A stretch of 40,192 nucleotides of DNA. Source: Octopus bimaculoides (taxonomy: Eukaryota). The position numbers were made by a program, and so were the translations under genes. This document shows, one piece after another, positions 33,197-40,192 of the stretch. Below the pieces are notes generated by a model. The model made no database searches and was not told the origin of the DNA. It worked only from the letters and a program-made list of their open reading frames with translations. How positions within the stretch are numbered: position 1 is the stretch's first letter; each line of letters begins with the position of its first letter. The DNA is taken from positions 74,527,650-74,567,841 of the forward strand of contig NC_068987.1 in the NCBI RefSeq assembly GCF_001194135.2, read 5' to 3'.

Positions 33197-36100
33197 CTGG
33201 GGAGATAAAATTAGTGAGGGTGCTGCTTCAGAAAATTTTTAGCCGTTGTTTTAATATTGTGTAAAAGGAAACAAACATATGAAAAGAATATTTATGCATA
33301 AACTTGATCAGTTCGCGTTTTAGCCACTGCTGGGTAGTGTGCTTAATTTGTTCACTGAACACCATCGCGAATTCTCCCCTGTTCTTCAACCTCCCCCCAC
33401 TAAATCACAAAATAAGGGTGGGAGATGTTTCAGATCCTGGAAGCAACACTGAAGCTAGAAGCAGGATAATAATCTATTTCTACACTTTATCACATTCAAG
33501 AATATAAACACGTCTTTATGCACAACACACGCGGAGTCAAAAAGAAACACTACCTTTCACCGGCACTGCGTGAGCAATAGTACTGTCTCTCCTCGTGTGA
33601 GGTTTCCTATCTCGGACATGTGAGCATGCGCACAACAGCCAAACACCGCGTCGCTGGAACTGTGAAGTGCACAGTACTATATAAGCATTTTTGTATTTTT
33701 TTCATAAACTAGGGGATGGCTACTGACATTAAGCTTAAGGATTATATAATGTACAAGTATAATGAGAGAATTAAAGAAAAAACGACTCATTATATTGAAT
33801 GTTATCGACAATATCGAGTGGAAATAGGGGGTGCTGCAGTTCTGCAGTGCCTATACACGAGTCGCCACTATTCGGACATGATCTCTTCCATCAGCACTGG
33901 TTATAACAGGTTCGGTGTTGAGGTTGGTAATTCTTCTTGGTTTGCTTTCAGTGGAACTCTTTGCGGTTTACTAATCAACCTTACTCATCCAAGTTCAGGC
34001 TGTCTATGGCCCTCACATATTCTTCATAATTAGCGACTGTGTTACATGCTTGACTATTCCTATCATAGCTATTATAACTATAAAACTCTATCATTTTTAG
34101 ACAACGGACCTTGTCCTTTGTTTTGCATAAGCAAATAAATAATTTCCATTCGAAAATATTAGCCACTAACGAACGAGATTTGATTGAATTATTGTAAATC
34201 TTCCTCGTGCAAATTCACTGAACCATTTCACATTATCAAACGACCAGTATGAGAGCTTAAAAGACTTACTCAGCAAACGCACTACGAAATCCGATGAAAA
34301 GCGTCAATAAATATTCGTCATCCGCTATGAATAGATAAAATAACTTGAGAGTTTAAAACCTTCCCAGCTACTGCTCACCATGTAGTAATGATGAACCTAT
34401 TAAGATACAATTACTGTATAGACTTCTTGTATAATGATTACCAGAAAATCCTCAAAATGATAAGCAACATCTGATACAAATTGAACATTCGGCGAAATTG
34501 GCCGATAAACTTCTAGAAGTGGCAACCAAACTCCTCGCAGGGTTCATGTACATGCATTGTACGATCACACCTGAGTATGCAAAGCTTTTCTGCGCAGTCA
34601 CATCGGTTATTAAACCACTATCGGGCAACGTCCCTGTATTTCATAATATTGTCCATCAGATTGAACGGAAGTCATAATTCATGTTCATAGAAAGATAAAA
34701 ACTCCGAACGAGAAACCGTTGCTAAGCGAGAGTTTGTGCATAAGATACAAGAGTACTGGATTCGACCCTCTTCAAACGACTGGTCATCAGCTCTTCGCGT
34801 AATACCTAGAAAGTCTAGGAAACAGGAAACAGGAAACGAAGTGGATACTCACGCACCTTAAATATTGATGACATCGTTACGTCTGACTATCGCCACACAT
34901 GCAAGAGTTTACAGTTTCATTGCGTGGAAAAATCATATTTTCCAAAATCGGCTTCCTACACACTTGTAATCAGAACCTAGTTCGTCCAGTTTATATCCGT
35001 GAATCTGAAGTGAAAGGGGCGATAATTTCAAAAAAATAGGGGATAATCTCACAAAGTTAATTTACAATCATAGAGGAAGGAAAATCTGATCTTTGATTTT
35101 AGGCAACAGATGACTATGTACATGTTTTTGCATATTTCCTTCTCATCTTGAGAAGAAAAGTCAAAAATCCTAGAGGCATTTGTTAACAACTCTCAAGTAA
35201 AAGGGGAGATAATTTTGAGAACTTAATTTCTCAGATATGATTTAGAAGTTTCGTAGACAAGAAAATCTGATCTGAGTTTACAAACAGGAAACTACGATGA
35301 ACTGTGTATCATACCTAAAGCAGATACGTCATTAAAAGCCTAATTTACTGCGGTATTCGTCCGGAAATAGTAACTCTTATAGACATATAACTTTGATAAC
35401 TTTGATAGGTTTCGGCCAGTATTGGCCAAGGCCGTGTCTAACTTAATAGCACCACCTTGTGAAATCTTTTAGTCATATATGGGGCATCATGACCCACTCT
35501 AGCAAAGAGTTATTATTGTTGGAAACATATCCGGATGTAGGAGGTTGGTCCGAGATTTTTTGAAGAAATTTTCCAGTGAACTTTTGAATTTTATGGGATC
35601 CGTTTTTGCTTTGACGTTTTGACGTATTTTGGTATGGTATCATAGTGTAAAAAAAAAACACTGAAATATATCAGTAACAAACAAAAATAGTATAACAGAG
35701 GTGGTAGTATTTTGTCTTAGCATGCAGTTGCCAGTAGATACTTGAAACTGACGAAGCTCAAAGAGGCAGAAATACACATTTTAGCAATGCCGTCATCGCT
35801 GCTGGACGACGTTCGTCTGTTATTATTATATTTTTGTGTTCTCTTTGAAACTTCGCATCTGTAAGAGATATTATTTCAAGATGAATACCATAGTAAATTA
35901 GTCTTTCAACAATGTATCTGCTCCAGGTATGATACACTAATTGTTGTTTTAAACTAAAACTGCTATTGCCGCACATAACGAAGTATGAACTTGTTTCGGA
36001 CTATTAAATAGCATCAGTGCTGTAGAGTCTACACAAATCTAGCTTATCATTTTGCCACGATATTTTTACATGCAGAAAAACTATTGCGAATAATTTTTGG

Positions 36101-36632
36101 TCAGTAGAATTAGTCCATGAGGGAGGTTTGGTTGCTATTTTAGTAAGCATACGACCACATAGAAGCAGATTGTATAGTCTAATCAGTCCTCACTTCAGTG
36201 GAGGTCATGGTAAAACTGAAGAAAAAAAATATCAGATCTCTGGCTAGCACTTCGTCGTTTGGCGTACCAAAGATTTTCTCGGCCACAACTGACCAAGCGC
36301 TGTTCGACCACGACAACTACAACAACAATAAGAACCACACACTCAGTCACAACCATCCAACTAACCAGCCCACAAAACAACCAACTACACCAAGAAACAC
36401 AAACCCACCCACCTGCCATACTAACCCATTAACCAACCGCACTAACCACACCACCACCTACCAGTCAGCCAACCAGTCCACCATCCATTCAACCAGCCAA
36501 CCGTCCGTTCGTGGGTGGTCGCTGTCTGAATCAGTTGTCTGTCTGTCTGTCTGTCCCTCTCACATCTCACTAACAGTAAATAGTTGGCTGAGAAAAATAA
36601 ACAGTCATTTGATTCTGCCATTCTTCATCTTG

Positions 36633-36646
36633 CCAACAGAGGGCGC
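36633..36646 (+). promoter_or_regulatory. Candidate CTCF-binding motif
   Basis: CCAACAGAGGGCGC matches the core CCASYAGRKGGCRS with one mismatch. Confidence 0.35.
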
Positions 36647-36739
36647 TTTGCTTCCTACTTATTCCCTCGCCCGCTTCTTTCTTCTCCATCCCTTCTCTTC
36701 CAATTCTACCGCTACAACTATTTTTTATTCATCTTGCTC

Positions 36740-36964
36740 TAGTTGGGTTTTGTTGTTGCTGTTGTAGTTGTTGTTGTTGTCCATGTTCCTATTGCTCTTC
36801 TTCTTCTTCTTCTTCTATCATCATCAATATCATCATCATCTTCATCATTACTACCACCACTACCACAACCACTATCATCGTTATCATTGTCATCATCATC
36901 CTCACCAAAAACACCACCACTACTACCAACATCCTCCTCCTCCTCCTCCTCCTCCTCCTCCTCC

Positions 36965-37007
<43 letters not shown>

Positions 37008-37067
37008 GTAATCACTTGCAGGTAACGAACTAGTAGTAGTAGTAGTAGAAGAAGTAGTAGTAGTAGA

Positions 37068-37124
<57 letters not shown>

Positions 37125-37210
37125 GGTGGTGGTGGTGGTATTAATAGTAGCCTTGGTGGTGGTGGTGGTATTAATAGTAGCCTTGGTGGTGGCAGTTGTA
37201 GTAGTTGTAT
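36740..37210. repeat. Compound trinucleotide array (GTT, CTT, CAT, CCT, CAT, TAG, TGG) with a 30-bp tandem duplication at about 37131-37192
   Basis: Directly visible. Confidence 0.95.
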
Positions 37211-38413
37211 TTCCAACAGACACACTCATACATGTGCGTATGTACAAGTGTACGCGCATACATTCGCATGCGTATAAACAGAGACACACACATATACATG
37301 TACACATAGATACAAACACATACACACACACACACATATATATAATTACATACTTGCATACATATCTACAATATATGTACANNNNNNNNNNNNNNNNNNN
37401 NNNNNNNNNNNNNNNNNNNNNNNNNNNNNNNNNNNNNNNNNNNNNNNNNNNNNNNNNNNNNNNNNNNNNNNNNNNNNNNNNNNNNNNNNNNNNNNNNNNN
37501 NNNNNNNNNNNNNNNNNNNNNNNNNNNNNNNNNNNNNNNNNNNNNNNNNNNNNNNNNNNNNNNNNNNNNNNNNNNNNNNNNNNNNNNNNNNNNNNNNNNN
37601 NNNNNNNNNNNNNNNNNNNNNNNNNNNNNNNNNNNNNNNNNNNNNNNNNNNNNNNNNNNNNNNNNNNNNNNNNNNNNNNNNNNNNNNNNNNNNNNNNNNN
37701 NNNNNNNNNNNNNNNNNNNNNNNNNNNNNNNNNNNNNNNNNNNNNNNNNNNNNNNNNNNNNNNNNNNNNNNNNNNNNNNNNNNNNNNNNNNNNNNNNNNN
37801 NNNNNNNNNNNNNNNNNNNNNNNNNNNNNNNNNNNNNNNNNNNNNNNNNNNNNNNNNNNNNNNNNNNNNNNNNNNNNNNNNNNNNNNNNNNNNNNNNNNN
37901 NNNNNNNNNNNNNNNNNNNNNNNNNNNNNNNNNNNNNNNNNNNNNNNNNNNNNNNNNNNNNNNNNNNNNNNNNNNNNNNNNNNNNNNNNNNNNNNNNNNN
38001 NNNNNNNNNNNNNNNNCACCTCTTTTCCTAACCCTCCCAGACACCTATCCCCCTCCCCTCTGAATCTTTCTCCCTCACCCCTGTACCGACCACTTCTCCT
38101 CACCCTAGTACACTGACTCTCCTATAACCATCCCTCCTATGTTGACATAAAGCTGTGCATTTTTTGTGAGTTTTCTTTTTTGTTTTTGTTTTGTTTTGTT
38201 TTGCTTTGTTTTTAAGAAATAATTGCTTTACAAACTGTATTGACGTTGTATTGACGACGGCCGTGGCATATGGACGCATATACTCACGTTCGTAGACACA
38301 TGCACGCACACGCACAGTCATACAAACATACATACATACATACATATATACATACATACATACCACGCACACCTATTAGGAATATGTTTGTGTGTAAGCA
38401 TACATGTATGTCA

Positions 38414-38470
<57 letters not shown>

Positions 38471-38476
<6 letters not shown>

Positions 38477-38745
38477 ACAAGCTTGCTTTTTGAACCACAT
38501 GGTTCTGGGTTCAGTCCCACTGTACGTTTCCTTGGGCAAGTGTCTTCTGCTATAGCCTCGGACCGACCTAAGCTTTGTCTCTGGATTTGGTGTGTTACGT
38601 AACCGCTAACTTAGCGGTTCAGCAAAAGTACCCAACAGAATAAGTACCAGGCTTTGAAAACAATAAATTGGGGTCGATTCGATCAACCAAAAAGTTCTTG
38701 AAGGCGGTGCCCTAGCATGGCCGCAGTCTATTGACTGAAACAGGT
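38471..38745 (+). mobile_element. Composite SINE, head C fused to tail D with the linker deleted
   Basis: aagcttgctttttgaaccacatggttctgggttcagtcccac...ttgggcaagtgtcttctg...ggatttggt|gtgttacg...gcggttcagcaaaag...ctgaaacagg. Confidence 0.85.
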
Positions 38746-39084
38746 ATTATATATATTCACTAAGCGTAAACAAAATAAGAGACAATGCATAGCGTTCCGT
38801 TAAATAATAAGTTAAAAAACATAATATAAGCAAAAACAAACGAAAAACAGACACAGAAGGTCACCAAATCCTCATCAGTTATCGGCCAAAGTAACTCGGC
38901 ATCTTCGCGCTTTTAACGATAATATCACCCCACCCCCTTGGTGGTGCCAGCGACGAGAAACCGCCGGGAAATAGCGAGTCAACGAACAAGGGACCAAATG
39001 TGACACAAAGTGAACATACAAATACGAAATAAATAGACAATATACAACATACAAACGAAATAATATTCAAGACGAGACGAAAAA

Positions 39085-39904
39085 TGGACGGACAAGTGAT
39101 AAAGACGAAAACAAAGAAGATAGAATGAGGACATACGAGAAATGTGGAGGATAAGCCTCGTTGCAAGGCCTCTGACATAGCAGAACAAGTTGATGTCAGT
39201 CTCAGAACAGCTGTCAGGTATCTCCACAAACTTGGTTACTATAGCAGAACAGCAAGATGGAAGCCACTTCTTCGGTCAGCCAATATCAAGCAGAGCCAGT
39301 GAGATGGTGGAGAGGCCACTAGCATTTAGGGACACTGCCATATTCTCTGATGAGTCCAGATTTGCTGTATTTCTGACAGTGGTCGTGTGTGGATCTGGAG
39401 ACTCGGTGATCAAGAATTTGAAGTGAACAGATTGCAGCCAACAATGAAACACGGCAGCTACTCTGTGATGGGGAGCAATTTAGAGCAGCGATCAATTACA
39501 GCTGGTGGAGTGTGAGGGAAACATGAACCCAGATAAATATGTGTCCATTTTGCTGAAAGGACTCCTTTCAATCTTCACCAGTGGTGAAATGATTAAAGAA
39601 GACTCTATCTATGGAAGATGGGGCTCCTTGTCACATGGCTAAAAAGACCCAAGATTGATTGGAGGTGAATGGCATTATAAAGCTTCCATGACCAAGCCAG
39701 TCACTAGATATGAATCCTATTGAACACCTCTGAGACATAATGGACAAGACACTTGGTAAAAAGAACAAGAAAGTATCGTCAAAGCCAGATCTTTTGAGAT
39801 TACAGCAAGAAATTCCCGAAGAGAATATTTGTCATCTGATCAGTAGCATGCCAAATACGACCCTTGCATTGAAAAATACAAAAGGAATGTCTACTAAGTA
39901 CTAG
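39085..39904 (+). pseudogene. Tc1 (DD34E) transposase pseudogene
   Basis: ...RTAVRYLHKLGY...KPLL...IFSDESRF...MKHGSYSVM...MEDGAPCH...PSQSLDMNPIEHL*...STKY*. There are 34 codons between D and E, with several stops and frameshifts. I found no convincing TIR pair. Confidence 0.9.
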
Positions 39905-40004
39905 ATATTCACATTAAAATAATTAATAAAAAATTCGAACGTATAATTTCGGATTTAAATAAACTCTAACGATTATAAGGGTGTCTATTTACTTCTGTCA
40001 TGTC

Positions 40005-40192
40005 TCGCCATGCTGGACTGCTGAAATCTACAAGTTTTTTTTTAAATTCTTTCTCTGTTTATTTACTCTTATTTTTTTCTGGTGAAGAGCGTAGGCTCGA
40101 AATGTTAAAGACTTTTTCATTTTTCTCGAGCGTCAAACTAATACATTTGCTTGTTGTTCATACACCTGTATTCATCTTCTGTTTTTCTATAA
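40005..40192 (+). repeat. Interspersed repeat resembling a Penelope-type terminus
   Basis: Contains gtgaagagcgtaggctcgaaatgtt, a TGAAGA...GAAA hairpin motif; truncated by the window edge. Confidence 0.4.

Larger units (their letters stand above)
3272..38016. other. Ten assembly gaps: 3272-3341, 5945-6401, 11630-11710, 14795-15390, 23646-23883, ~25796-26064, 26864-27795, 29433-29560, 31663-32388, 37382-38016
   Basis: Runs of N; most have a dinucleotide or trinucleotide repeat on at least one side. Confidence 0.98.

Noticed and set aside
37016-37026. TTGCAG|GTAAC recursive-splice-like site between trinucleotide arrays
   Set aside because: It lacks a proper pyrimidine tract and evidence of a plus-strand host transcript.
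38756-40005. TIR pair for the Tc1 element
   Set aside because: The candidate ends (38758-38785 and 39978-40005) share only a few bases, so the element boundaries are not claimed.
1-40192. CRISPR array, prokaryotic operon or defence system
   Set aside because: There is no regularly spaced repeat-spacer array or dense coding; the repeats are dispersed eukaryotic SINEs and microsatellites.

Overview
Eukaryotic, AT-rich, repeat-dominated genomic DNA with ten assembly gaps (about 4.1 kb of N, mostly next to microsatellites). The SINE families and the microsatellite load look like an Octopus (coleoid cephalopod) genome; this is recognition from memory, not a database hit. I find no intact protein-coding gene, rRNA, genuine tRNA or CRISPR array. 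The window holds decayed mobile elements. There are three Tc1/mariner-superfamily transposase pseudogenes of different types (DD34D mariner, DD37D maT, DD34E Tc1). Non-LTR retrotransposon fragments come from Jockey/I-like, RTE, L1/Tx1-like and R4/Dong-like groups. There is also a probable Penelope-like 3' end, and more than 25 SINE copies or fragments in several families. The best leads are: (1) a degenerate hammerhead-ribozyme motif with a palindromic helix III at a Penelope-like 3' end (24013-24060), with two weaker related motifs elsewhere; (2) a maT transposon nested inside the microsatellite of a composite SINE; (3) an R4/Dong-like element with a head-to-head 5' inversion inside a (TAA)n insertion hotspot; (4) a stop-poor pseudo-reading frame at 16.3-16.9 kb that may be an Academ transposase relic; (5) tentative minus-strand exons, including a possible 3-nt microexon. 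Most long ORFs in the supplied track are artefacts of N runs or microsatellites.
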